NCBI GenBank assembly: GCA_009776445.1
Contig: WRNV01000004.1
Span: 427 to 64,426, forward strand
Direction: 5' to 3'
DNA: 64,000 nt
Source: Oscillospiraceae bacterium
Lineage (GTDB): Bacteria; Bacillota; Clostridia; Oscillospirales; Oscillospiraceae
Both the position numbers and the translations under genes were made by a program. Under the pieces are notes generated by a model, which saw only the letters and a program-made list of their open reading frames with translations, had not been told where the DNA came from and searched no databases. Positions 54,283 to 64,000 of the stretch are shown here, one piece after another. Within the stretch, counting starts at the first letter, position 1; every line of letters begins with the position of its first letter.

Positions 54283-55824
54283 ATGAAATCAAAACTTTTG
54301 GACAATAGGCACGTGGCAATAGGCGCAGCGTTGATATTCGCGGCAATGTTCGTTTTTTTTGCGATCATCTCCCCCAGCGTCCCCTACGACTCGGATGACT
54401 GGCATTACCTATCCTCATTCTCATTGACCCCAGTACCGGTTCCGCCTTTTGACACTTGGAACCCGACCCGCATCCTTCCCGAATATCTCATGCCTGCAGC
54501 GGGCTATTTTTCCGCATTTGTGGTTTACCCGCTAATAGGAGACTATATCCTCTCTATTTCCGTCACTACCGCGCTACTTCTGAGTGCTTTACTCACTACA
54601 TTATATATATCTCTGTACGGCTTGTTTCTATCATTGAGCAATGACAAGGTCAACTCCGCGCTAGCGGGGGTATTCGCGATAGCGCTTTGCTTCGCCCTGT
54701 TCAAGGGAAGGCCAAAGGAAAACATGCATTTATTTATAGTATATAGCTTGAACCTTCACTATTTTTATACTATTCCAAACATTCTAAATTCCATCCTTGT
54801 ATGTCAGTTGCTGCGGCTATGTGTCAAAAGCGAACTGTCGTTCAGGCGCGTCCCTCGCAAGGCGCCCCTGCTGGTCACGCTTCTCTATTTTTGTATCTTC
54901 TCCATGTTGTTTTCCGCGATAACACTGCTTGCCTTCTCAGTCTCAGTCCTGCTACTTAACCTTCTCGAAACAATTATCAACCGTAAGCGACATGAAATGA
55001 AATTTCTGCAAGCCCTCAAACAATTTGGGCTTGACAGCTTCAAGCGCGCCAATATCGCGGTCGCCGCGTTTATTGGAGTCGTTTACGCGATCATCGCCGA
55101 GTCTTTTGGCGGAAGGGCTAAATGGAACAACGGGAGTACATTGCAAGGGTCTGTCCTTAACGCCCGGTTTATATCGCGTTTGTTCGAGTCGGTAAAAAGC
55201 CTGTTTGGATTTGTTCTTACGATGAACCGGCATGTCTTTGTTATCATGCTTGCCATATTCATAGTGGCGGTAGGCATTTATATCCACTCAAGGAAAAAAG
55301 AACAACCTTTGCCCGATCCGTACGCCAAAGCCGCCCCAACCGCCCTATTGTCTTGCGTCGTAGCTTTAGTATGCGTAGCACTTGTGTCGGCAAAAGGGGG
55401 AACCCAATACTCAAGGGATATCAGAAGCGCTTACAGCGTGTTCTTTTTCGGAATTGTGTTTATTTCGATTCTTGCCACATACCTGAACAAAAAAATCCGC
55501 GTCATGCGCGTGCTTTTTCCGCTTATAACTATCGTTGTTGTTATGGTTGCGATAAACTCAAGAAATCAGTTCGCGTATACGTATAATCGTACATATACCC
55601 AAACCCAGCTCGTGGAGTCATTTATCCAAAAGGTCGTGCAAGCGGATCTTAATAATGAAACGACGGTTGAACTGAGGGCGCCAAGGTATAGCGCGGGCGG
55701 CAATTGGCCTATACATGTAGATTCGTGGGGAAAAGAGTTTTCAAATACTTTATACAACCACCGCATAACATCGTCCAAAATAGAAATCACGTTGCAACTC
55801 GACGACAGCTTGCCCAAACCTTAG
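54283..55824 (+). CDS. Polytopic membrane protein (candidate GT-C-type glycosyltransferase partner of the GtrB-like enzyme)
   Basis: At least 10 predicted TM helices with a soluble C-terminal tail. The start is ambiguous (TTG 54253, ATG 54268 or ATG 54283). The function is inferred from gene neighbourhood only. Confidence 0.5.
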   Translation: MKSKLLDNRHVAIGAALIFAAMFVFFAIISPSVPYDSDDWHYLSSFSLTPVPVPPFDTWNPTRILPEYLMPAAGYFSAFVVYPLIGDYILSISVTTALLLSALLTTLYISLYGLFLSLSNDKVNSALAGVFAIALCFALFKGRPKENMHLFIVYSLNLHYFYTIPNILNSILVCQLLRLCVKSELSFRRVPRKAPLLVTLLYFCIFSMLFSAITLLAFSVSVLLLNLLETIINRKRHEMKFLQALKQFGLDSFKRANIAVAAFIGVVYAIIAESFGGRAKWNNGSTLQGSVLNARFISRLFESVKSLFGFVLTMNRHVFVIMLAIFIVAVGIYIHSRKKEQPLPDPYAKAAPTALLSCVVALVCVALVSAKGGTQYSRDIRSAYSVFFFGIVFISILATYLNKKIRVMRVLFPLITIVVVMVAINSRNQFAYTYNRTYTQTQLVESFIQKVVQADLNNETTVELRAPRYSAGGNWPIHVDSWGKEFSNTLYNHRITSSKIEITLQLDDSLPKP

Positions 55825-55839
55825 GAGGAACAGTAACCT

Positions 55840-56730
55840 GTGGCTATACTAAAAAGATACGCAGCCTATTTATATTTGGCGTCTTCGCTGATTTCGCTGT
55901 TTGCCGGCCTGTTCATACTGAATTACCGCTACGATCTCATGGGTAGGCTCAAGCTCCTTTTTAGTGAAAACAGCGTTCGCGTACCCGTGTTGATGTACCA
56001 TCATTTTTCGGACGATGGCCCCACTGGCACTACCATTGCGGCTGACATTTTTGAAAGCCATATAGAGGCGCTAAGCAAAGCCGGATATACAACGATAACG
56101 TTCGACGAACTATGCAGTTTTGTCTACAATGAAACCCCATTACCGCAACGCCCGGTCGTTATTACCATCGACGACGGCTACACTAGCGTCTATGAAATAG
56201 CATACCCCCTTCTTAAAAAATATGGCATGAAAGCCACAGTATTCATTATCGGGGTCATGCATGGGGAAACTCTGTATAAAGACACCCAATATCCGATAGA
56301 CCCGCCGCACTTCGGCGACGCTGAAGGAATAGAAATGGACGCATCCGGAGTCATATCGATCCAAAGTCATTCATTCGACATGCACCAGCTCGAGCCGTAC
56401 GAGACAGGGCCGTACCGATCCGGCGTTCTGCAAAGACAAGACGAGAGCCGGGAAGAATACATTGAAGCGTTGCGCTCGGATTTTGAGCGTTCGGCGGCTC
56501 AAATCGAAAACATGACTGGAACTCGCCCCCTTGTTTATTCATACCCGTTTGGAAGGTATAGCAAACTTAGTGAAGAAACGCTCAGGGACTGCGGCGTCAA
56601 GGCCACGCTGACAATAGTTAAGGGCTTCAACGTCGTTAAGGCTGGGTCCCCGGAAAGCTTGTTCAGGCTTAAGCGTTATAACGTCTATGGCGACATGACG
56701 GCGGACAAATTGCTGTCGATGATAAAATAA
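55840..56730 (+). CDS. Polysaccharide deacetylase (CE4/NodB family), membrane-anchored
   Basis: GTG start after TAGGAGGA. N-terminal TM. VVITIDDGY (motif 1). IQSHSFDMH (His motif). YPFG. Confidence 0.8.
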   Translation: MAILKRYAAYLYLASSLISLFAGLFILNYRYDLMGRLKLLFSENSVRVPVLMYHHFSDDGPTGTTIAADIFESHIEALSKAGYTTITFDELCSFVYNETPLPQRPVVITIDDGYTSVYEIAYPLLKKYGMKATVFIIGVMHGETLYKDTQYPIDPPHFGDAEGIEMDASGVISIQSHSFDMHQLEPYETGPYRSGVLQRQDESREEYIEALRSDFERSAAQIENMTGTRPLVYSYPFGRYSKLSEETLRDCGVKATLTIVKGFNVVKAGSPESLFRLKRYNVYGDMTADKLLSMIK

Positions 56731-56763
56731 TACTATAGCCCTGTTTGGAAAGGTGTATATCTA

Positions 56764-58698
56764 ATGAATACAGCCGTGATAAAAAGAATTTGGGGACTGA
56801 TTCTTGTGGTGGTACTGATTGTCCTTGCCGTCGTCGGTTGGTTGTTGTACTGCGGCTTAGTTCGCGGGAAACCTGTAGAACGGCCTGTCATCGACGGTGC
56901 CCTGGGTTATCATGTGATTGTCGTGGGCGGAGAGCCGGAAGGCATCGCGGCGGCGCTTGCGGCAGCCAGAAATGGCATGAGTACGCTGCTTGTCGAAGAA
57001 GGCGACGCGCTGGGCGGTCTATTCACTCTTGGAATGCTCAATTTTCTTGATATGAATCAAAGCAAGGACGCAACCAACCATTTGCTCACCCAAGGGATTT
57101 TTAAGGAGTTTTACAATGCCCTTGGCAACGCTTTTGACATTGAAGAAGCAAAAGCGTGGTTTTTGCGAAAGTGCCGCGACGAACCGAACCTAACTGTCAT
57201 GCTCGGCGCCAAAATCATCTCCCCGCTCATGGATGGAAATGCTATAACAGGTCTTGAAGTAATGGAATCCGGGAATTCTTCGTTTTCCTTACTACGTGGC
57301 CTTACGTTCATTGACGCCACCCCTAATGGCGACATAGCGGCGGCGGCAGGCGCGCCTTTCACTATTGGTGCCGAAGACTATGGTGAACACGGGGTTTTGC
57401 AAGGAGTTACATTAGTCTTCGAGGTTTCGGGCGTCGACTGGGGCGCAGTTTCCGATTACCTAAAAAACGATGGCAACCCCTCTTCAGGCGCGGACTCAGT
57501 ATCGGCCTGGGGGTATGGGGAAGAAGCGTCGAACTACGTCCCCATGGATAGCAACATGCGTTTTCGCGGCCCGAATATTGCACGACAAAAAAATGGCGAC
57601 GTTTTGCTCAACGCACTTCTCATATTCGGCGTCGACGCGCTCGATCCTAAATCATACGCCGAAGGGATTGAAAGGGGGCAACTGGAGATCCTCCATATAG
57701 TTGAATTTATGCGTAACAACTTTGTTGGTTTCGAAAACGCCTCTTACGTCAGCCGCGCTCCACGCCTATATGTCAGGGAAACGAGACATTTCATCGGCGA
57801 ATACAGACTGACAATTACGGATGTGCTTGAAAACAGAGATCAGTGGGATAGGATCGGCCATGGCAATTATCCGGTAGACATCCAACCCACAAGCCCTGAC
57901 AACTCCGGCAACATCATCGGCGCGCCCGATAAGTACAGTATCCCCTTCCGATGTCTTGTACCGCTGAAAGTCGATCAGCTTTTGATTGCTGGGAGAAGCG
58001 CGTCGTACGATTCGCTCCCCCACGGCAGCGCCCGAGTCGTACCGATCGGTATGGTCGCGGGAGAAGCTTGCGGCGTCGCTGCAGCGTATAGCGTGAACAG
58101 CGGCGTCACATTTCGGCAAATGACTGTGGACTCCGAGGCTATCCTTTGGCTCCAGACGCAGCTTAAAAAACAAGGCGCCTATTTAACCGAATACACTCCC
58201 GCGCGTATCGAGGCTATGGATCACTGGGCATATCCCGGTTTGGCGGCAATTAGGGAACTTGGACTAGCGTATGGCGGTTACTCAAACGATTACCGGCTTG
58301 ACGACGAGGTCCCTCACCGCTGGGCGCTGCAAAACAGACTCAACCATGTAATGGCGGTTATGAACGAGCGGACAGTGGATCGAGGCAATTTCAGGATCCC
58401 CGCGTGGGAAATCTCGCTTGACACAGACGAAGTTCCGGTAGGGTTGGTGCTTATAAAAACGGCCGAGTGCGCTTCTTTGGCGGATTGGAATCGGTTCCCA
58501 CAAGGTCATCCAAATACTGGTCAGCAACCGGAACCGATGGCTTTCGAGAATCCCGCCGAAGCAATGACGTATCTGGTTAACCTAGGCATACTGGATGAGG
58601 GTGTTGTTGCCCATTTCCCGGATTTCGACGCGATATCAACAAATAGCCAACTGTTTTATATAGTTGGCGCTCTATATATCTCGCTAATGGAATGGTGA
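56764..58698 (+). CDS. FAD-dependent oxidoreductase-like protein (FAD_oxidored type) with an N-terminal TM anchor
   Basis: VIVVGGEPEGIAAALAAARNGMSTLLVEEGDALGG dinucleotide-binding fold. Note the atypical GGEPEG in place of GxGxxG. Confidence 0.65.
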   Translation: MNTAVIKRIWGLILVVVLIVLAVVGWLLYCGLVRGKPVERPVIDGALGYHVIVVGGEPEGIAAALAAARNGMSTLLVEEGDALGGLFTLGMLNFLDMNQSKDATNHLLTQGIFKEFYNALGNAFDIEEAKAWFLRKCRDEPNLTVMLGAKIISPLMDGNAITGLEVMESGNSSFSLLRGLTFIDATPNGDIAAAAGAPFTIGAEDYGEHGVLQGVTLVFEVSGVDWGAVSDYLKNDGNPSSGADSVSAWGYGEEASNYVPMDSNMRFRGPNIARQKNGDVLLNALLIFGVDALDPKSYAEGIERGQLEILHIVEFMRNNFVGFENASYVSRAPRLYVRETRHFIGEYRLTITDVLENRDQWDRIGHGNYPVDIQPTSPDNSGNIIGAPDKYSIPFRCLVPLKVDQLLIAGRSASYDSLPHGSARVVPIGMVAGEACGVAAAYSVNSGVTFRQMTVDSEAILWLQTQLKKQGAYLTEYTPARIEAMDHWAYPGLAAIRELGLAYGGYSNDYRLDDEVPHRWALQNRLNHVMAVMNERTVDRGNFRIPAWEISLDTDEVPVGLVLIKTAECASLADWNRFPQGHPNTGQQPEPMAFENPAEAMTYLVNLGILDEGVVAHFPDFDAISTNSQLFYIVGALYISLMEW

Positions 58699-60569
58699 TA
58701 AGAATGCGAAACAAAGGTAAGAATATGAGGCGGTTTTTGAAAAAGTTCGACGGATTGCCTGATTTACGCCGAAGTTCCACATTTAATTACGCGATGCTCG
58801 CTCTTGCCGGCATCTGTGTCGGGTTGGTATCGCTTTTATTGGGTGCTACAGTCTTCGGGCTTAATATGTTCTGGACATATTTTTCTTCACCGATGGTCAT
58901 ATTGCTCAACTTGCTGCCGCCAATCCTGCTGATATTCCTTGTGTATTTCATAAGCGGGAGGGCGTGGATAGCGTTCACGTTCCCATCGTTATTGATTTTA
59001 ACTGTCTCTGTAACCCATTTCTTTAAAGTGCAGTTACGCGGCGACCCGTTTATACTTTCCGATATTCTGCTAGTCCGCGAAGTGAACAAAGTCATCGCCC
59101 CTTACACACTGGTCATGAACTGGAAAATCTATTTCGCGATCTTCGCGTTCGTTTGCGGGGTCGCGTTTTCTGTTTTCATATTGAAATATAAACCGAAAAA
59201 AGCAAAGTTGCGCGCGATATCCTCCCTCGTGATCATTGCTTTGTCCGCCGCGCTTTACACTACGGTATACACAAACACGAAGATATACGCTGACACCAAG
59301 GGTAGCTTCAGCGTTCACGAGTGGTCGACGACACACACCTATATAGCGAAGGGGTTTGTCTATCCGTTTATCCACAGCATCAAGGACACGCTGACGGACA
59401 TAAGCGGGGCGACGCCGGATTGGTACGACGCCCAAGAAGCCGCTCTGATGCTGGGATCATTTGGCGAGCCTACCATACCGGCTGACAAAAAGGTCAATAT
59501 CATCGCCATTACGCTCGAGGCTTATTGCGATCTTTCGCTGCTTAGCGCGCTTGATTTCGAGTCGGAAGTTTACGAACCGCTTCACGCACTTGAGGAGGAA
59601 TCCTTTTCCGGGACGCTCACGACCAACACTTACGGCGGCGGAACCACTGACGCTGAACGCTTGTTTCTAACCGGAAATACGCGCTTTACGAACTTCTCCT
59701 CACCGACGAATTCCTATGTCCACTATTTGCGGTCACAAGGCTACCACACCGAGGGGTTTCACGCGGGAGATATGTGGTTTTATGACAGACGCCCAATTAA
59801 CGCCTATTTAGGTTTCGACAACTACTATTTCCTTGAAGATTTCGACGACAGTAACAGATACGACTGGTTCTTCTTCCCCACCGTCGCTTCTTTGTACAAG
59901 GAGCGCGATGCCAAAAATCCCTATTTCAGCTATAACCTTTCGTATCAAAACCACGGGCCATACGACAGCTCGAAAACACATGAGCCTTATCTAATAGCGA
60001 AGAATGGGTTGTCTGACGAGTCATTCAATATCCTCAATAATTACCTGATCGGGATACGCGACACTACTTCGCGTCTCGCGAGTTTCATCGACACGCTTCG
60101 CGCCGATTCAGACCCAGTCGTCGTAGTCGTTTTTGGCGACCATATGCCCTGGCTGGGCAATCTCAGTTCGGTGTATTTGGAACTTGGAATAAACATCGAC
60201 AGAAATACGCAGGATGGGTATCTAAACTATTACTCCACACCGTATTTCATATGGGCTAACAATCCCGCGAAAACCATGCTCGGTAATGATTTCAACGGGA
60301 ATGGAGGGAGCTTTTCGCCCTGCTTCCTCATGGGGGAGCTTTTTCGCCTGTGTTCATGGGAAGGTGAAGGATACATGCAAGCTCTTAGGGAACTTCAGAC
60401 GCGCGTAGACATCATCAATGCTCCCTTTGGCACATTCAGGGAATATGGCGTCATGACAGGGACACTGTCTCCGGATTCACAGGAAGCCTATCAACGGCTT
60501 CTTGGTATGGAGATTTACAGGCGGAAGAATTTCTTTTATACTGATACATACTCGCCTATATCTAGATAA
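58692..60569 (+). CDS. LTA-synthase family (sulfatase-like phosphoglycerol transferase) membrane protein
   Basis: Five N-terminal TM helices and an extracellular sulfatase-like domain (VVVFGDHMPWLG). An alternative ATG at 58725 follows AAAGG. Confidence 0.75.
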   Translation: MVIRMRNKGKNMRRFLKKFDGLPDLRRSSTFNYAMLALAGICVGLVSLLLGATVFGLNMFWTYFSSPMVILLNLLPPILLIFLVYFISGRAWIAFTFPSLLILTVSVTHFFKVQLRGDPFILSDILLVREVNKVIAPYTLVMNWKIYFAIFAFVCGVAFSVFILKYKPKKAKLRAISSLVIIALSAALYTTVYTNTKIYADTKGSFSVHEWSTTHTYIAKGFVYPFIHSIKDTLTDISGATPDWYDAQEAALMLGSFGEPTIPADKKVNIIAITLEAYCDLSLLSALDFESEVYEPLHALEEESFSGTLTTNTYGGGTTDAERLFLTGNTRFTNFSSPTNSYVHYLRSQGYHTEGFHAGDMWFYDRRPINAYLGFDNYYFLEDFDDSNRYDWFFFPTVASLYKERDAKNPYFSYNLSYQNHGPYDSSKTHEPYLIAKNGLSDESFNILNNYLIGIRDTTSRLASFIDTLRADSDPVVVVVFGDHMPWLGNLSSVYLELGINIDRNTQDGYLNYYSTPYFIWANNPAKTMLGNDFNGNGGSFSPCFLMGELFRLCSWEGEGYMQALRELQTRVDIINAPFGTFREYGVMTGTLSPDSQEAYQRLLGMEIYRRKNFFYTDTYSPISR

Positions 60570-63500
60570 TATATGATGCTTTCCTTTACGCGCTTTCCCG
60601 TAATGCGCTCAAGGGCTTCGGAATATAGCATTAATTGCGGCGCGTAAAAGTCGCTCTTTTCCATGAGCGTGTCCTTGGTTACCCGGTCAGTCTTAAAATC
60701 GATTACAACAAGTTCGCCGTCTTCTTCGAAAAAACAGTCTATTACGCCTTGAAACAGTATTTTGTCCTCACCTCCGCCAGGGAAAAACCTCTCTGCGGGG
60801 TATAAAAGGGAAAACTTAAATTCCTTTTTTATATTTTCAGCTCTTACCGCGCGTTGTCCGATACGAGACTCGAAAAAACGCGTGATTTTTGTCGCGTCGA
60901 TTTCAGCAGCCTTTTCTTTTGTCAAAAATCCTTTCTCTACCAAACGCCTCAGTTCGCCTGAAACGTCGTCTACGCTTTGGCACATGGAGAAATCAACATA
61001 CTGCAACGCGAGATGAAGAGCCGTGCCACGCTCCGCCGCTGTCAACCCTGTTCTCTTTGTGACAAACGTAGGCCGGGTATACGCGAGTTCCCGACCAGAT
61101 GGAACCTCAGGAAACCATTGTTTCGCCTCTTGATCAAAATATCTCCCTTTTAGCCCCGTAACAGTCAGTTTTGACGGCAAATCTGGCGCTTTTTCGTGCG
61201 GATAGATAAATTCGTTTTCTTCATAACGCGACTCGGCAGCCTCCTGTTCGTCTTCCTCGGTAATAGCATCGCCAGGAGTCATTGTGTTTCTCAACCTCAA
61301 ATATTCTAATTCCGACATTGCGTCGCTCTCCGACGCAGCTACGCGCCTTATGTCCAAAACCTCACAAGTTTCGCTATTTGACGAGATTATATCGTCTGCT
61401 GAATACATAATATCATCTGCTGATGCCTTATCATCGTCGCTTGTATATCGCTCGTGTAGGGCCGGCATGAGTATCCATCCGGCCATATTCTTTGTTTCCT
61501 CAAGCGCTTGCGCGGATATTCCCCCGCTTGAGAGCTTTATTAGTTTTTCTATTTCTTTATCTGCGTCCCTATATGCCGCTGTTATGATCAGCTTCTCGCG
61601 TGCCCGTGTCATCGCAACGTATAATAGGCGCAATTCCTCCGCCATCATCTCTGAAGTCAGCTTGCTTTGTATAGCCATTCGCGCAAGCGTCGTGTATTCC
61701 GCCCGGCGCTGCCTATCTATCATTGTCGTACCGACACCAAGCGCGGGATGGAGTACAAGCGGTTGTCTCGCGTCTTTATTGTTGAGCCGTTTTGTAGTGT
61801 CCGCGAGTATTACTATCGGAAACTCAAGCCCTTTTGACTTATGTATACTCATTATCCTCACCGCGTCTGTAACGGCCGCGCCAGACAGTGGCTCCGCCGA
61901 ACCTTTTGCGATATCCGCGCCTCTTTCCTTAAGGCTGCGAATATATGTGAGAAATCCGAACAGGCCTTTGTAACCGCTCTGTTCGAATTCGCGCGCTCGC
62001 TCTGCAAGCAATATCAGGTTACCGCGACGTCTCTCTCCGCCTCGCATAGCGCCTACCAACTCAAGTAACCTTGTTTTGTTGTACATATGCCATATAAACC
62101 TGTCAGCGGGCATATCTGGCATAACTTCCCGAAATGCGTCTATATCCATAAGGAAAGCCTTGCTCTTCCCATTTGTTTCCGCAGCTTTCATCAGTGCCCT
62201 ATAAAAGTCAGCCCCGCGCGTCCCCGCTCGTATCTCGGCAAGCTCGTCGTCCGTGAATCTATAGATTGGACCCCGGAGCGCCGCGACGAGCGGAATATCC
62301 TGCATAGGGTTGTCGATTACCGACATTAGCGACAAGGCAGCGGACACTTCAGCACTCTCCAGTACACCTTCACTTCCTGGCATATCTACAGGAATTCCAA
62401 GTTCCATCAATGCGGAACAGTATTTTTTTGCCTTGTCCCGTATGGAGCGCAGCAGTATCACAATGTCCGAATATTTAACGGGTCGACTGTTTCCCTGCCC
62501 ATCAGGTATCATGAATTGCCCGTCCACAAGCTCAGCTACACGATCCGCTATCATCTTGGCTTCGACCTGCGTTTTGGCTGGACTCTCCTCATCCTCTTCC
62601 TGCTGCGTTTCGCTCATGTCAACTATATCAAATTCTACGGCGGACCCCAATTTTTGTTCTATTGTCCGGGGTATAATACTGGCATCTTCCCTTCCCGGGA
62701 TGAGGTATTCGTCTTTTGTATAATTCATCTCCCCGAATTCGACCGACATAATTTCACGGAATATGAAGTTGACCGTTTCGAGTATACCAGCTTTTGAGCG
62801 GAAGTTTTTTGAAAGAAGTATTTTAGTTCCCATAGGTTGCGCTGCTTGAGTGATCGGCGCGAGGTAATCGGTCGCCATACCCCCGTTCTCCTGACAACTA
62901 TCGCAATCCAGCATTCCCATTTTTTGTGGCGTAAATCTTTTATATTTATCAAGAAAGATAGATGGGTCGGCTAAACGAAAGCGGTAGATCGACTGCTTTA
63001 CGTCGCCTACCATGAAAACATTCCTACTATCTTGTGAGATCGCGTTGAAAATGCTTTCCTGAATGGCGTTGACATCTTGGTACTCATCTACCATTATTTC
63101 TTTGAACCGTTGGGATATCGTTCCCGCAATACCAGTTTTTTCCCCTGTTTTCCTGTTTATCAGCAATGATAGCGTCAAATGTTCCAAGTCGGCAAAGTCA
63201 ACTATTCCGCGACTGCGTTTTTCTTTCGAATACGCGCGGTCGAATTTAAGCACAAATTGTAACAGCGCTACCGTCGCTGGGGCGATTGATCGCATATCGT
63301 CTATATGGTCCTTGGAACAGCACTCAAAGGTCGGCGCGAGCTTTTTCATCGCTGTTTTGCATCGCAAACGGGTTTCTTTAAGATCATCAAAGCCCTGTAT
63401 CCGTTTTGGCTTAACGCGCGAAAAATCGATATTGCAATGTTTTCTGGCTTCGTCCCACCCATTTTCCATTGAATCAACGAGTGCCTGGATATCGCTTATT

Positions 63501-64000
63501 ACTGCGTCGAAATTGGGACCGTACGCCAAGTCAAAATCAGGCGAGGCTTTCATTGCGTTTTTTGCCGACGACATCACTCCAAGCCAGTGCCTCGCATGAG
63601 CGCGCGTTTTGTCTAAAAGCAGCGCTCCCCATATCGTTTCGGACACATCCGCCACGTTAGCCAGCGACAGCCTTTCCGCCTGTTCTTCCACCCAGGCGTC
63701 GGGGTCAGGATTGCTCCGCAATTTCGCGTGAGTATCGAGAATTATCATAACCAGCCGCTTGTCGTCGCGCCCGGTAGAGATCATATCGATCATATCGCGG
63801 AAGTCGTCTGACATCTCCGCAGTCTCATAAGCTTCGCTTAAAACAGTGTCCAGAACCTCAGCTCTAATCGTTTCGCTTTCGCTATCGTCCGCGACCCGAA
63901 AATCCGCAGACAGTCGCGCCAGGTGCGCGTTTTCACGTAAGATATCCGCGCAAAACCCATGTATTGTATCGATCGACGCGCCCCCGCAAAGCATTGATAC
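60536..64000 (-). CDS. addA: ATP-dependent helicase/nuclease AddA (UvrD-like helicase plus RecB-type nuclease), N-terminus off the right window edge
   Basis: TIHGFCADIL, VDEYQDVN, VGDVKQSIYRFR and MSIHKSKGLEFPIV helicase motifs. C-terminal GVIDCFFEEDGELVVIDFKTD nuclease motif. The frame is open to nt 64000. Confidence 0.85.
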   Translation of the reverse strand, partial: VSMLCGGASIDTIHGFCADILRENAHLARLSADFRVADDSESETIRAEVLDTVLSEAYETAEMSDDFRDMIDMISTGRDDKRLVMIILDTHAKLRSNPDPDAWVEEQAERLSLANVADVSETIWGALLLDKTRAHARHWLGVMSSAKNAMKASPDFDLAYGPNFDAVISDIQALVDSMENGWDEARKHCNIDFSRVKPKRIQGFDDLKETRLRCKTAMKKLAPTFECCSKDHIDDMRSIAPATVALLQFVLKFDRAYSKEKRSRGIVDFADLEHLTLSLLINRKTGEKTGIAGTISQRFKEIMVDEYQDVNAIQESIFNAISQDSRNVFMVGDVKQSIYRFRLADPSIFLDKYKRFTPQKMGMLDCDSCQENGGMATDYLAPITQAAQPMGTKILLSKNFRSKAGILETVNFIFREIMSVEFGEMNYTKDEYLIPGREDASIIPRTIEQKLGSAVEFDIVDMSETQQEEDEESPAKTQVEAKMIADRVAELVDGQFMIPDGQGNSRPVKYSDIVILLRSIRDKAKKYCSALMELGIPVDMPGSEGVLESAEVSAALSLMSVIDNPMQDIPLVAALRGPIYRFTDDELAEIRAGTRGADFYRALMKAAETNGKSKAFLMDIDAFREVMPDMPADRFIWHMYNKTRLLELVGAMRGGERRRGNLILLAERAREFEQSGYKGLFGFLTYIRSLKERGADIAKGSAEPLSGAAVTDAVRIMSIHKSKGLEFPIVILADTTKRLNNKDARQPLVLHPALGVGTTMIDRQRRAEYTTLARMAIQSKLTSEMMAEELRLLYVAMTRAREKLIITAAYRDADKEIEKLIKLSSGGISAQALEETKNMAGWILMPALHERYTSDDDKASADDIMYSADDIISSNSETCEVLDIRRVAASESDAMSELEYLRLRNTMTPGDAITEEDEQEAAESRYEENEFIYPHEKAPDLPSKLTVTGLKGRYFDQEAKQWFPEVPSGRELAYTRPTFVTKRTGLTAAERGTALHLALQYVDFSMCQSVDDVSGELRRLVEKGFLTKEKAAEIDATKITRFFESRIGQRAVRAENIKKEFKFSLLYPAERFFPGGGEDKILFQGVIDCFFEEDGELVVIDFKTDRVTKDTLMEKSDFYAPQLMLYSEALERITGKRVKESIIYYLDIGEYVSV

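Noticed and set aside
60536-60569. 34-bp convergent overlap between the LtaS-family gene and addA
   Set aside because: Both reading frames carry family motifs to their ends. The overlap is probably a trivial 3'-end overlap, or a slightly mis-set stop context, with no regulatory implication I can support.

Overview
This is a 64-kb, roughly 50% GC segment from a Gram-positive anaerobe. SLH domains, cohesin/dockerin modules, sortase pili and AddA suggest a Clostridia-type organism. Housekeeping genes sit at both edges: a NifS-type cysteine desulfurase truncated at the left edge, and AddA helicase-nuclease running off the right edge. Between them, cell-surface and accessory genes dominate. In order: (1) a 191-aa tyrosine recombinase with a lox/dif-like double site, divergent from a three-gene cohesin operon. 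The central product of that operon (about 1811 aa) carries an N-terminal MACPF pore-forming domain and ends in a cohesin plus a dockerin. (2) A transglutaminase-like lipoprotein followed by a type IV pilus/T2SS-like operon (GspF-like platform, four small membrane-anchored proteins, PilT/ComGA-sized ATPase). (3) A 1.5k-aa SLH-anchored beta-helix-like protein. (4) An SOS-style cassette (Y-family polymerase plus an 88-aa partner, divergent from an S24 LexA-like repressor and an SRAP peptidase). (5) An orphan protein with an HPr-kinase-like P-loop. (6) An XRE regulator, three giant surface-protein genes (one SLH-anchored with 10 Listeria-Bacteroides repeats, two dockerin-bearing), a decayed paralog and tRNA-Leu(CAA). 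These loci share promoter motifs and long leaders. (7) A heterodimeric ABC exporter pair. (8) A complete sortase-dependent pilus locus with its own signal peptidase I and an 883-aa protein carrying five Cys/His repeats. (9) A cell-envelope glycosylation/LTA-synthase-like cluster. The non-coding DNA holds a family of hairpin elements bounded by CTGTTCAG...CTGAACAG (three clear copies plus one longer candidate). It also holds a recurring ATGTTAC(AT) motif, short tandem repeats, and several terminators and promoters. I saw no CRISPR array, rRNA, IS transposase or prophage structural genes. All domain calls come from reading motifs by eye; no database search was run.
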